Position numbers and translations under genes: made by a program | In this document: one piece after another, positions 25,973-34,936 of the stretch | Layout: each line of letters starts with the position of its first letter | Numbering within the stretch: the stretch's first letter is position 1 | Origin: Alphaproteobacteria bacterium | GTDB lineage: Bacteria; Pseudomonadota; Alphaproteobacteria; UBA7887 | Direction: 5' to 3' | Length of the DNA: 64,000 nucleotides | Assembly: GCA_965216755.1 (NCBI GenBank) | Contig: CBDCGL010000011.1 | Location: 4,384,001-4,448,000 of the forward strand | Notes under the pieces: model-generated | What the model was told of the DNA's origin: nothing | Database searches by the model: none | Seen by the model: the letters and a program-made list of their open reading frames with translations, nothing else

Positions 25973-28411
25973 TGGATGCGCCTGGAGGCACGCGTAAGCT
26001 GGCGGCGATTTTGGCGGCCGACGCGGTCGGCTATTCGCGCTTGATGGCGGCCGACGAGACGGCGACGGTGGCGGCGCTGAATGAAAGCCGGACTATTTTT
26101 CGCGAACGAATTCAAGCGCACGATGGTCGTCTGATCGACACCGCCGGCGACAGCGTACTGGCTGAGTTTCCCAGTGTCGTCGAGGCGGTGCAATGCGCCA
26201 TGGATGTGCAGGTCGCGCTGGTCGCGCGCAACGCGCCGTTGGACGAGGACCGGCGCATGCCGTTCCGTATCGGCGTCAATCTTGGCGACGTCATCGAACA
26301 GGCGGACGGCACGATTTATGGCGACGGTGTCAATATCGCGGCGCGGCTTGAGAGTTTGGCGGAGCCGAGCGGGATCAACGTATCGGGCGCGGTCTACGAC
26401 AGCGTGCATGGCAAGATCGGATCCGGGTTCGCGTATCTCGGTGAACAGGCGGTCAAAAACATCGAACAGCCTGTGCGGGTCTATCGTGTCGCCGCTGACG
26501 AAACAGACCGTGATGTCGGTGTTGCCGGGCGCCTTGCGCGCCGGCCGCTCGCCATTGCGACGGCGGTCACCGTTGCTGTGCTGATCATGACCGGCGTTGG
26601 CGCATGGCATCAAGGCTGGATCGGCGGTGGTGAACAGATTTCGGTAGGGCACGCCGACCAGTTCCGGCCGGTGTTGCCGACCGGCCCGTCGATCGCTGTG
26701 CTGCCTTTCGCAAACCTTAGCGGTGATCCGGAACAGGACTATCTCAGCGATGGGCTGACCGCCGACGTCATCGCCGCACTGGGGCGGTTTGCGAATCTGT
26801 CGGTGATGGGCCGCAATACGACTTTGCCATACAAGGACACTGTTGTCGCGTCCGAAGAAATCGGCCGAGCACTCGGCGTGCGCTATGTGCTTGACGGGGC
26901 CGTGCGCCGAGCCGGCGATCGGATCCGGGTGACGGCACAGCTGACCGAAGCCGAAAGCGGTGTGCATCTGTGGTCAGACCGTTTCGACCGTGCCTATGAG
27001 GACGTGTTCGCGGTTCAAGATGAAATCACCAGCAATGTCGCCGGCGCGCTTGCGATCGCGGTCGGTCGTCTGGAACGAGAGCGGGCCTTGGAAAAGCCGA
27101 CCGAAAACCTCGAAGCCTATGACTATGTATTGAGGGGGTGGGCACTCGTACGGCGCGGGACGAGGGCCGCGAACTTCGACGCTCGGGAGTCGTTCAAACG
27201 AGCGGCGGCGCTGGACCCGCAATATGGCGACGCCTATGCCGGCATGAGCTACACATACGGCGCAGCAGTGGATTATGGTTGGACGGAATTCATTGCAAGG
27301 GCTGTCGACCAAGCCGAAGCGTTGGCGCAACAGGCGTTGGCGCTCGACTCGAGTAGTGTCGCTGCGCGACGCTCGCTGGCTCGGGTCCTTACGGCTAGGA
27401 ATCAGCTAGATCTTGCCGCAGAGCAGCTGCGGCACGCCTTGGAGATTAACTCAAGCGATGCGGACAGTTATAAAGCATACGGTGACATACTTGTTTATCT
27501 TGGTGATGCTGCGAGAGCGGCCGAGTGGTTCGAGGCCGGATTGCGACTGGATCCCAAAGCTGAATCTTGGGTATTTTCGAATCTTGGCCTGTCGTACTAC
27601 CTAATGCACCGCTACCAAGATGCGGTCCAAGTTGCATCTCGGGCCGTAGAAACCAAATCCGACTTTATGGGACTCGCGGTAATTGCCGCGGCTCAGGGCC
27701 AACTCGGCAACCATGCCGAAGCGCAACGCGCGACCGACGACTTGCTGGGTCGCCGACCCTTCAGCACAATTGAACAACTTACCGTGCCGTTTAGAGTTGC
27801 GGAAGACATCGCGCATTTTGCCGATGGTCTGATCAAGGCGGGCGTACCGACCTCCGGCGCGGTCGCAAGTGACCGGTAATGGCTGCGACTGAGGGCACGC
27901 GTAAGCTGGCGGCGATTTTGGCGGCCGACGCGGTCGGCTATTCGCGCTTGATGGCAGCCGACGAGACGGCGACGGTGGCGGCGCTGAATGAAAGCCGGAC
28001 TATTTTTCGCGAACGAATTCAAGCGCACGATGGTCGTCTGATCGACACCGCCGGCGACAGCGTACTGGCTGAGTTTCCCAGTGTCGTCGAGGCGGTGCAA
28101 TGCGCCATGGATGTGCAGGTCGCGCTGGTCGCGCGCAACGCGCCGTTGGACGAGGACCGGCGCATGCCGTTCCGTATCGGCGTCAATCTTGGCGATGTCA
28201 TCGAACAGGCGGACGGCACGATCTATGGCGACGGTGTCAATATCGCGGCGCGGCTTGAGAGTTTGGCCGAGCCGTGCGGGATCAACGTATCGGGGGCGGT
28301 CTACGACAGCGTGCATGGCAAGATCGGATCCGGGTTCGCGTATCTCGGTGAACATGCGGTTAAAAACATCGAACAGCCGGTGCGGGTCTATCGTGTTGCC
28401 GCTGACGAAAC
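24745..28411 (+). repeat. Tandem duplication with 1907-bp period
   Basis: 24745-~25248 matches 26652-~27155, and 25895-26504 matches 27802-28411, both at offset 1907. Confidence 0.9.
25972..27879 (+). CDS. Class III nucleotide cyclase - TM - TolB-like - TPR receptor, copy 2 (chimeric)
   Basis: Same architecture; TAATG stop/start overlap with copy 1; 5' half matches copy 3 and 3' half matches copy 1. Confidence 0.92.
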   Translation: MDAPGGTRKLAAILAADAVGYSRLMAADETATVAALNESRTIFRERIQAHDGRLIDTAGDSVLAEFPSVVEAVQCAMDVQVALVARNAPLDEDRRMPFRIGVNLGDVIEQADGTIYGDGVNIAARLESLAEPSGINVSGAVYDSVHGKIGSGFAYLGEQAVKNIEQPVRVYRVAADETDRDVGVAGRLARRPLAIATAVTVAVLIMTGVGAWHQGWIGGGEQISVGHADQFRPVLPTGPSIAVLPFANLSGDPEQDYLSDGLTADVIAALGRFANLSVMGRNTTLPYKDTVVASEEIGRALGVRYVLDGAVRRAGDRIRVTAQLTEAESGVHLWSDRFDRAYEDVFAVQDEITSNVAGALAIAVGRLERERALEKPTENLEAYDYVLRGWALVRRGTRAANFDARESFKRAAALDPQYGDAYAGMSYTYGAAVDYGWTEFIARAVDQAEALAQQALALDSSSVAARRSLARVLTARNQLDLAAEQLRHALEINSSDADSYKAYGDILVYLGDAARAAEWFEAGLRLDPKAESWVFSNLGLSYYLMHRYQDAVQVASRAVETKSDFMGLAVIAAAQGQLGNHAEAQRATDDLLGRRPFSTIEQLTVPFRVAEDIAHFADGLIKAGVPTSGAVASDR

Positions 28412-29783
28412 GGGCCGTCATATCGGTGTCGTAGGGCGCCTTGTGCGCCGGCCATTCGTCATCGCCGCGGCCTTGGCTGTAATCGTCATCGGCGGGATCG
28501 GGGCATGGCAGTTTAGCTGGATCCCAAGCGGCGGCGGAATTTCCTTTGTGCCGGCCGATGAAGTCCATCCGCCGCTGCCAACCGGCCCGTCGATCGCCGT
28601 GCTACCGTTCACCAACCTCAGTGGTGATCCGGAACAGGATTATCTGAGCGATGCGATTACCGAAGATATCATTGCCGTTCTTGGCCGGTTTTCGAAATTT
28701 TCGGTTTTGGCCCGCAATGCGACTGTGCGGTTCAAAGGCCAGGACTCCACGCCCAGGCAAATCGGCGACGCATTGGGCGTCCGCTATTTGCTCGACGGCA
28801 GCGTACGCCGCGCCGCCGATCGCATCCGGGTGAGCGCCCAGCTGACCGACGCCAAGACGGGGCAGCATTTGTGGTCCAACCGCTATGACAACGAATTTGA
28901 CGATTTGTTTTCGGTTCAGGACGACATCACCGAGGAAGTCGCTGGCGCCTTGGCGGTCAAGTTGGCACGCGTTGAGTACGCCCGGGCGGCAAAAAAGACC
29001 ACCGACAATCTCGAAGCCTATGACTTTGTGGTGCGCGGCTGGAACCTGGTGCGGCGCCAAAACCGCGCGCCGGTCCTGGAGGCACGTAGATTGTTCGAAC
29101 GCGCGATTGAACTCGACCCGGCTTATGCCACCGCCTATGTCGGGCGCGGCGAGACTTACCGGCTTGCCGCCGGTGAGGGCTATACGGAATTTTATGCGAA
29201 GGCACTCGAACAGGCTGAGGCACTGGCATTAAGAGCGCTGGAACTCGATCCGGACAGCGTTGAAGGTCGCGGCTTGCTGGCACTCATCAAAGTCCATATA
29301 GGCCATTATGACCAGGCGGCCGAACTACTAGACCAGGCGCTAAAGATTAACCCATCGGATGCCCAAAGCTACAAAATCTATGGCGATGTCATGTTATTCT
29401 CGGGTCATGAGCAGGCCGCGATCGAATGGCACGAAGCGGCCTTGCGACTAGATCCGAATATGGAAGCCCGCCGCCGGAACAACTTGGCCTTGGCATATTA
29501 TTTGGACCGTCGCTATGACGACGCGATCACGACCGTTCAAGCCGCCCTCAGGCAAGAGCCGGATCTCTATCTCGGATACCTGGTATTGGCAGCCGCGCAC
29601 GCGCAAACAGGCGACGACGAGAAAGCCGCTCAGATGGCTGCCGAAGTGCGTCGCCTACGTCCGTTTTTCTCGATCGAATGGTTTACGACCTGGGTGGCGG
29701 CGTCGCCGGAGAATGTCGCTCATTTGGCGCAAGGCCTTGAAAAAGCGGGGTTTCCGATCGGCTTCTCCGGCGACAAACAATGA
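27879..29783 (+). CDS. Class III nucleotide cyclase - TM - TolB-like - TPR receptor, copy 3
   Basis: Same architecture; TAATG overlap with copy 2; TolB-like and TPR part more divergent. Confidence 0.92.
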   Translation: MAATEGTRKLAAILAADAVGYSRLMAADETATVAALNESRTIFRERIQAHDGRLIDTAGDSVLAEFPSVVEAVQCAMDVQVALVARNAPLDEDRRMPFRIGVNLGDVIEQADGTIYGDGVNIAARLESLAEPCGINVSGAVYDSVHGKIGSGFAYLGEHAVKNIEQPVRVYRVAADETGRHIGVVGRLVRRPFVIAAALAVIVIGGIGAWQFSWIPSGGGISFVPADEVHPPLPTGPSIAVLPFTNLSGDPEQDYLSDAITEDIIAVLGRFSKFSVLARNATVRFKGQDSTPRQIGDALGVRYLLDGSVRRAADRIRVSAQLTDAKTGQHLWSNRYDNEFDDLFSVQDDITEEVAGALAVKLARVEYARAAKKTTDNLEAYDFVVRGWNLVRRQNRAPVLEARRLFERAIELDPAYATAYVGRGETYRLAAGEGYTEFYAKALEQAEALALRALELDPDSVEGRGLLALIKVHIGHYDQAAELLDQALKINPSDAQSYKIYGDVMLFSGHEQAAIEWHEAALRLDPNMEARRRNNLALAYYLDRRYDDAITTVQAALRQEPDLYLGYLVLAAAHAQTGDDEKAAQMAAEVRRLRPFFSIEWFTTWVAASPENVAHLAQGLEKAGFPIGFSGDKQ

Positions 29784-29877
29784 CGAATCAATTCGACCCG
29801 CTTCAAAGCCGTCAATCAGAGAACTGGATTTGAACCGGGTGCGGATCGCGAATGGCCGCGACCAAACGTCTGTGCGG

Positions 29878-30429
29878 CTATTGCGCCGCCGCCCGTTGTG
29901 CCTTTAGCGCTTCAATCTTGGCGGTCTTCGCCCGTTCTTGTTCGAGTTCGTCCAGGGACTGCGCCCATTTGACGTCAGCCTTGCCGACATTTTCAGCCAA
30001 GTTCTCGAAAAACAGCTCCTTGGCGTAGTTGTCATAGTTGAGGTAAAGCATCTCGTCGACAATCGCCCAGACTTCCGGGTCGGCCTTCACCACGGTGCCA
30101 TACGTCATCGCGGCCGCGCAAAAGCCGCCGAACTGCGGTGCGTATTGTTCAGGATCGGATTCGAACAAATCGCGATGCGCGGCTGACGAAAAATACCACG
30201 TCGCATCCTGCCAGGAGCTCTGGAATTCGGCTGAACCCTTCATCGATTCGCCGACAGTGAAATAAGCCACCGTATCGTAGCCGGAGATGGCCACACCCTC
30301 GTCAGTCGCGTTCCAATGCACAGTTGGGCTCGTTGCAGGCGACATCAACCCGTAAACCGCAACGCCACTCGCGCCTAATGCCACAAGTGCAACCGCCCCG
30401 AAAGCGATCCATTTCATTGAGACTTTCAT
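29878..30429 (-). CDS. YHS domain-containing (seleno)protein family, Cys form
   Basis: AISGYDTVAYF...GSAEF...WYFSSAAHRDLFESDPEQYAPQFGGFCA...DPEVWAIVDEMLYLNY; N-terminal TM/signal. Confidence 0.9.
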   Translation of the reverse strand: MKVSMKWIAFGAVALVALGASGVAVYGLMSPATSPTVHWNATDEGVAISGYDTVAYFTVGESMKGSAEFQSSWQDATWYFSSAAHRDLFESDPEQYAPQFGGFCAAAMTYGTVVKADPEVWAIVDEMLYLNYDNYAKELFFENLAENVGKADVKWAQSLDELEQERAKTAKIEALKAQRAAAQ

Positions 30430-30657
30430 TTTGATCACCAACTTCGATCATTGCGCGTATCTGTGTCGCGACGAAAGACACTTAAGCTTACCGGATAGTG
30501 CTAGTTCATGCTACCGTTGCAAGGGTCGAGGGCCGAGAGTGAGTATGGGAAACTTGAACGCAGATTTCCGTCACGGTTGTAGCGCCGACAGGCAGATAAT
30601 ACGGTAGTTCTCGACGCCACAGGTCGGGCACCGCGACGGCATATGGGAGGGTGCCGC

Positions 30658-31344
30658 ATGACGAGACTCTGGGTAATGGTGCTGTCGGGGCTCGGGTGGA
30701 GTGCCACAGTCTGCGCTGGCGATGCAATCGAGCTGACGTTCGCAGGTCACATTCATTGGGATTTGGTCGAACAGCACGTCTATGTCGAGCGTGAGCCGGG
30801 ATCTGGGGTTGCGTACAGGGTAACACCGGTCGACGTTCACCGTTATCTCGAGGCACCGGTTTACGCGGCCGCGGAAGCGGTGTCGAACGCGCCGTTCGAC
30901 CATGGCGAGGTTGGCCCCTACGCGCTCGGACCGGCACTGGGCGTTACGCTTGGTGATTGGCTGGCGGCGGCCGGGACGGCGACTTACACGTGTACGGACG
31001 ACATCGGCACGGTCACAGCTGAATTTGAGAACTTGGTGCCGAATGGCGTCTATACCATGTGGTATTCTTTCATCCCCCGTCCCCCACTCGAACCGTTTGT
31101 CGCCCTTGATATTCCCCTTGGTGCGCGCGACGGGTCCGACACGCTGTTTGTTGCCGACGCCGATGGCCAGGCCAGCTACGACGTCGTTTTCAGCCCGTGT
31201 TTGCAAATGTCGGGTCGGCAAACCGATACATCTTTGACGATTGCCTGGCATAGCGACGGCGCAACTTACGGCGCGGAACCCGGGCCGTTTTCGACTGCCA
31301 CGCATGTGCACATTTTTGCGAATTTTCCGATTGAGGACCGGTAA
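30658..31344 (+). CDS. Secreted hypothetical protein with His/Trp motifs
   Basis: GGGAGG RBS; signal peptide; HIHWDLVEQHVY, NLVPNGVYTMWY, IAWHSDGATYG, THVHIF. Confidence 0.8.
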   Translation: MTRLWVMVLSGLGWSATVCAGDAIELTFAGHIHWDLVEQHVYVEREPGSGVAYRVTPVDVHRYLEAPVYAAAEAVSNAPFDHGEVGPYALGPALGVTLGDWLAAAGTATYTCTDDIGTVTAEFENLVPNGVYTMWYSFIPRPPLEPFVALDIPLGARDGSDTLFVADADGQASYDVVFSPCLQMSGRQTDTSLTIAWHSDGATYGAEPGPFSTATHVHIFANFPIEDR

Positions 31345-31379
31345 CGGAACATTCGCCGAAACCCTGACGCGGGGCTGGA

Positions 31380-32876
31380 ATGAAACAAGCGTCAAACCGG
31401 GCGAATGGCGCATCGTTTGACCGAATGCGGACGCCGATCATGTGGCTTTTTTTTGTCGGATTGGCGCTGATATTCGCTGTGTCACAAGGCGGTGGCACCG
31501 TGGCCCGCGCCCTCGAGCCCGTCGACGATGAGGATTTCTACGACAACGGCGCGCCACAGCTGGCCAAATTGGCGCTCGGGCGTTTGTTGTTCTTCGATAA
31601 AATTCTCAGCGGCAACCGCAATATCGCGTGCGCCACGTGCCACCATCCACGATTTGCCAGCGCCGACGGATTGGCTCTGCCGCTCGGCGAGGGCGGCCGC
31701 GGCATCGGTACCGAACGCGAAGTCGGCGCTTCTCAGCCGGTGATCGACCACGTGCCCCGCAACACGCAGGCGTTGTTCAACCTGGGTGCGCGCGAGTTTA
31801 CACGCCTGTTCCATGATGGCCGTGTCGCCCTGGACCCGGATCGGTACTGGCGTAGCGGATTCCGCTCGCCAGCGGTCCAGGTTCTACCGACTGGGCTCGA
31901 CAATGTGCTGGCGGCACAAGCGATGTTTCCAGTCGCGTCCGAAATCGAAATGGCCGGCCACGAGGGAGAGAATCCGATCGCTGATGCGGCCGCGATCCGC
32001 GGCGTAAGCGCATTCACCAAGGTTTGGGATCTGCTTGCCCAGCGCTTACGGGCGGTCCCTGAATATGTCGACTTGTTCAAAACGGCGTACCCTGAAATTG
32101 CGCGGCCGGACAATATCACCCTGGTCGACGCCGCCAACGCGATCGCTGCTTTTGAGGCAGTTGCCTTTCGCGCCGATAACAGTCCTTTCGATCACTACCT
32201 CCGAACCGGTGATCCTGCGACACTTGACCCCGCGGCCCGACGTGGCATGGCGGTGTTCTATGGCAAAGGCGGATGCAACCAATGCCACAGCGGCAGCTTC
32301 CAAACTGATCACGGGTTTCATGCCATTGCGATGCCGCAAATTGGCCCGGGCAAAAGCCACGGCACAGACAATGGCTACTGGAATCGGACGGGGTTTTTGG
32401 AGCGCCTGGAGGATTGGGGACGCTACGGGTTTACCAAGAAGGCGGACGATAAGTTCCGGTTTCGCACGCCCAGTCTGCGCAACGTCGAACTAACCGGCCC
32501 ATGGGGGCATGACGGGGCGTATCGATCGCTTGAAGCTGTGGTTCGTCACCACCTTGATCCCGTGACGGCGCTGCACAACTTTGTTATGGCGGAATCGCGG
32601 CTGTATGACTTTGCCAACGCCATTGATCGCCTATCGTTCGAAATTATTGCACCGACTCGTATGCACGACTATCGACGGCGGGCCGAATGGGTCCATAATG
32701 CGCCTCGCCTTCGCGCGGCGATCGCGGCTGCCAACGAGCTTCAACCCCGCACGTTGAGCGACGCTGAAATCGCCGACCTGGTGGCGTTTCTTCGCGCGCT
32801 CACCGATCCGGCCAGTCGTAACCTCGGCCATTTGATCCCCGATAGGGTGCCGAGTGGTTTGCCGGTCGACCAATGA
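31380..32876 (+). CDS. Di-heme cytochrome c peroxidase / MauG family protein
   Basis: LGRLLFFDKILSGNRNIACATCHH, PRNTQALFN, LFHDGR, CNQCHSG, FRTPSLRNVELTGPWGHDG. Start may be 31425 or 31440. Confidence 0.9.
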   Translation: MKQASNRANGASFDRMRTPIMWLFFVGLALIFAVSQGGGTVARALEPVDDEDFYDNGAPQLAKLALGRLLFFDKILSGNRNIACATCHHPRFASADGLALPLGEGGRGIGTEREVGASQPVIDHVPRNTQALFNLGAREFTRLFHDGRVALDPDRYWRSGFRSPAVQVLPTGLDNVLAAQAMFPVASEIEMAGHEGENPIADAAAIRGVSAFTKVWDLLAQRLRAVPEYVDLFKTAYPEIARPDNITLVDAANAIAAFEAVAFRADNSPFDHYLRTGDPATLDPAARRGMAVFYGKGGCNQCHSGSFQTDHGFHAIAMPQIGPGKSHGTDNGYWNRTGFLERLEDWGRYGFTKKADDKFRFRTPSLRNVELTGPWGHDGAYRSLEAVVRHHLDPVTALHNFVMAESRLYDFANAIDRLSFEIIAPTRMHDYRRRAEWVHNAPRLRAAIAAANELQPRTLSDAEIADLVAFLRALTDPASRNLGHLIPDRVPSGLPVDQ

Positions 32877-32897
32877 AAACCGCAACAATCGCCCGTC

Positions 32898-33185
32898 GGC
32901 GGTCAACCAACTGCCGGCCGGCGGCGCGCAGCGTCCTCATCGCCACAACTCGGCCGCGATCACCATGCCGCTGCAGGGTAGCAATTGTTATTCCGTCATC
33001 GACGGCTCCAGGGTCAATTGGCAGCCGCACGCGGTTATGGTGACCCCACCGGAACTTGTCCATTCGCATCACAATGCGGGCAATGAACATATGACTTGCT
33101 TGATCGTGCAGGACGGTGGTCTCTACTATCATTGTCGCACTATGGGCTTCGCCTATGACGACACGGCGTCCTGATCCGTTTGAGA
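32898..33185 (+). pseudogene. 5'-truncated duplicate of the cupin gene 3' end (direct repeat copy 2)
   Basis: Encodes AVNQLPAGGAQRPHRHNS...YDDTAS* with no credible start or RBS; ~97% identical to 23445-23732. Confidence 0.9.
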
Positions 33186-33232
33186 AACGCACCGCGCGCG
33201 CTGCCGACCACGCCTAAGCCGAGGAGGACCCT

Positions 33233-33997
33233 GTGAATCGATTTGATCTGACCGGCCGGGTCGCGGTTGTGACTGGCGGTAATGGCGGCATAGGTCTTGG
33301 CATGGCCCGTGGGCTCGCCGAGGCCGGCGCGAACATCGTCGTAGCCGGACGCAATGAAACGAAGTCGGCCGAAGCTGTTGCCGAACTCCAAGCCCTGGAT
33401 GTTGAAGCCGTGTCCGTGACGCTCGATGTACAGTCGTCGGATTCTTGCGCCGCTTTGATCGATGAGACGGTGTCCCGGTTCGACCGGCTCGATATTTTGG
33501 TCAATAACGCGGGTACGAACATTCGCAAACGACCGGAAGAATTATCTTTGGCCGACTGGCGCACTGTCTTGGATATCAACCTGACCGGTGCATTTTTGTG
33601 TTCTCAAGCAGCGTACCCGGTCATGGCCCGCGCCGGCGGGGGCAAGATCATTAACATTGGTTCGATGATGTCGATATTCGGTGCGTCTTTCACCGCTGCC
33701 TACGCGGCCAGCAAGGGCGGCATTGTGCAAATGACAAAATCCATGGCTTCGGCCTGGGCGGCGGAAAACATTCAGGTGAACGCGGTATTGCCGGGCTGGA
33801 TCGACACCGATCTGACCCGCATCGGCCGGCGCGAGATCGAGGGCCTGCATGAGAGAGTGGTTGCGCGCACACCGGCCGGGCGTTGGGGAGTCGGTGAGGA
33901 CATGGCCGGCGTCGCAGTCTTTCTGGCCAGCGCGGCATCCGATTTTGTCACCGGCACCGCGATCCCAGTTGACGGGGGCTTTTCGGTACAAGGCTAA
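33233..33997 (+). CDS. SDR family oxidoreductase (KduD/glucose-1-dehydrogenase-like)
   Basis: VTGGNGGIG, NNAG, YAASK, NAVLPGWIDT, VDGGF; GAGGAGG RBS. Confidence 0.93.
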   Translation: MNRFDLTGRVAVVTGGNGGIGLGMARGLAEAGANIVVAGRNETKSAEAVAELQALDVEAVSVTLDVQSSDSCAALIDETVSRFDRLDILVNNAGTNIRKRPEELSLADWRTVLDINLTGAFLCSQAAYPVMARAGGGKIINIGSMMSIFGASFTAAYAASKGGIVQMTKSMASAWAAENIQVNAVLPGWIDTDLTRIGRREIEGLHERVVARTPAGRWGVGEDMAGVAVFLASAASDFVTGTAIPVDGGFSVQG

Positions 33998-34039
33998 GCG
34001 CATTGATTGTCTAGAGAATTGCAACATTGGGGGCAGCTT

Positions 34040-34630
34040 ATGAAAGTTCGATGTGGCGTCGTGATACTGGCTTTGTTCGGCGCCGGATTGGCGGCGTGTA
34101 CAGGAAGTCCGATTAGTCCGGTGACTTTGGCGCAGCGGGCGCTTGAGGACCGAAGCAGTGAAGATATTGCGACCGATACGGCAATATTCACGGCCGCCAA
34201 TACGATCATGGCCGGAGAGAAGACCCTGTCACTGTCAACGCTGGTCTATGAACAGGTGTTGGTGGTCTATGGCTTGGAAACCGATCGCGAAACCTACGAT
34301 ACGGTCCGCGCGGAGATGGCCGAGATCGAGGATGTCAAGACTCTGCATTGGGAAGCCGTCTATATGACGGAGGCTGAAAAAGAAGCCGCCGACGAGCAGA
34401 TTCTTGGAATCGCCGATACCTTGCGCATCCAAGCCGAGGTTGAGGCCGACTGGCTCGATACCGAGGGTATTGAAAGCCTGAATTTTCGCGTCGGCGTCGA
34501 TCCCCAAGGCACTGCCTTCTTGTTGGGGCGGGCAAAGTCCGCCGAGGAACATCAAAAGGTGGTCGATGTCGCGCGCGCCATCGACGGCGTCCAAAGGGTC
34601 GTTGACTACACATATGTCATAAGCTCGTAG
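34040..34630 (+). CDS. BON-domain lipoprotein (DolP/YraP-like)
   Basis: Lipobox LAAC; EDRS...D; FLLGRAKSAEE...ARAIDGVQRVV. Confidence 0.8.
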   Translation: MKVRCGVVILALFGAGLAACTGSPISPVTLAQRALEDRSSEDIATDTAIFTAANTIMAGEKTLSLSTLVYEQVLVVYGLETDRETYDTVRAEMAEIEDVKTLHWEAVYMTEAEKEAADEQILGIADTLRIQAEVEADWLDTEGIESLNFRVGVDPQGTAFLLGRAKSAEEHQKVVDVARAIDGVQRVVDYTYVISS

Positions 34631-34936
34631 TTTTCGCGGTCTCGTGCTGCAATCCGACGACGAATGGCGGTGAGCCCCACAGCCGGCAGGTGCGCGAATC
34701 GAGCCTGCCGATCGCCGTAAGGCCTTTTGGTCTTTGGCGTTGCCGTCTTGGCGTCGGCGATTGTGGTGAACGCCCGCACAGCCAAGGCGTGTCGTTGGTC
34801 CTAACCTATGTTAAGGCCGAGATAGACACCGGGATCGAGGAATAGGCAACAGTGCCGCGTCAGTTCGCCTCGGCTGATCTTGCGAGGTTGACGTCAACTG
34901 TGCACTGGGTGCAGAACTCAAAAGGGGGGCCGCAAC

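Noticed and set aside
25250-27801. Diversity-generating retroelement as the cause of TPR variation
   Set aside because: No reverse transcriptase or template repeat in the window, and the differences are not adenine-specific.
29878-30429. Selenoprotein (YHS family)
   Set aside because: The GGFC codon is TGC (Cys), not TGA.
32854-33174. Independent 106-aa cupin gene
   Set aside because: The start lies inside the peroxidase gene with no RBS; it is the truncated repeat copy.
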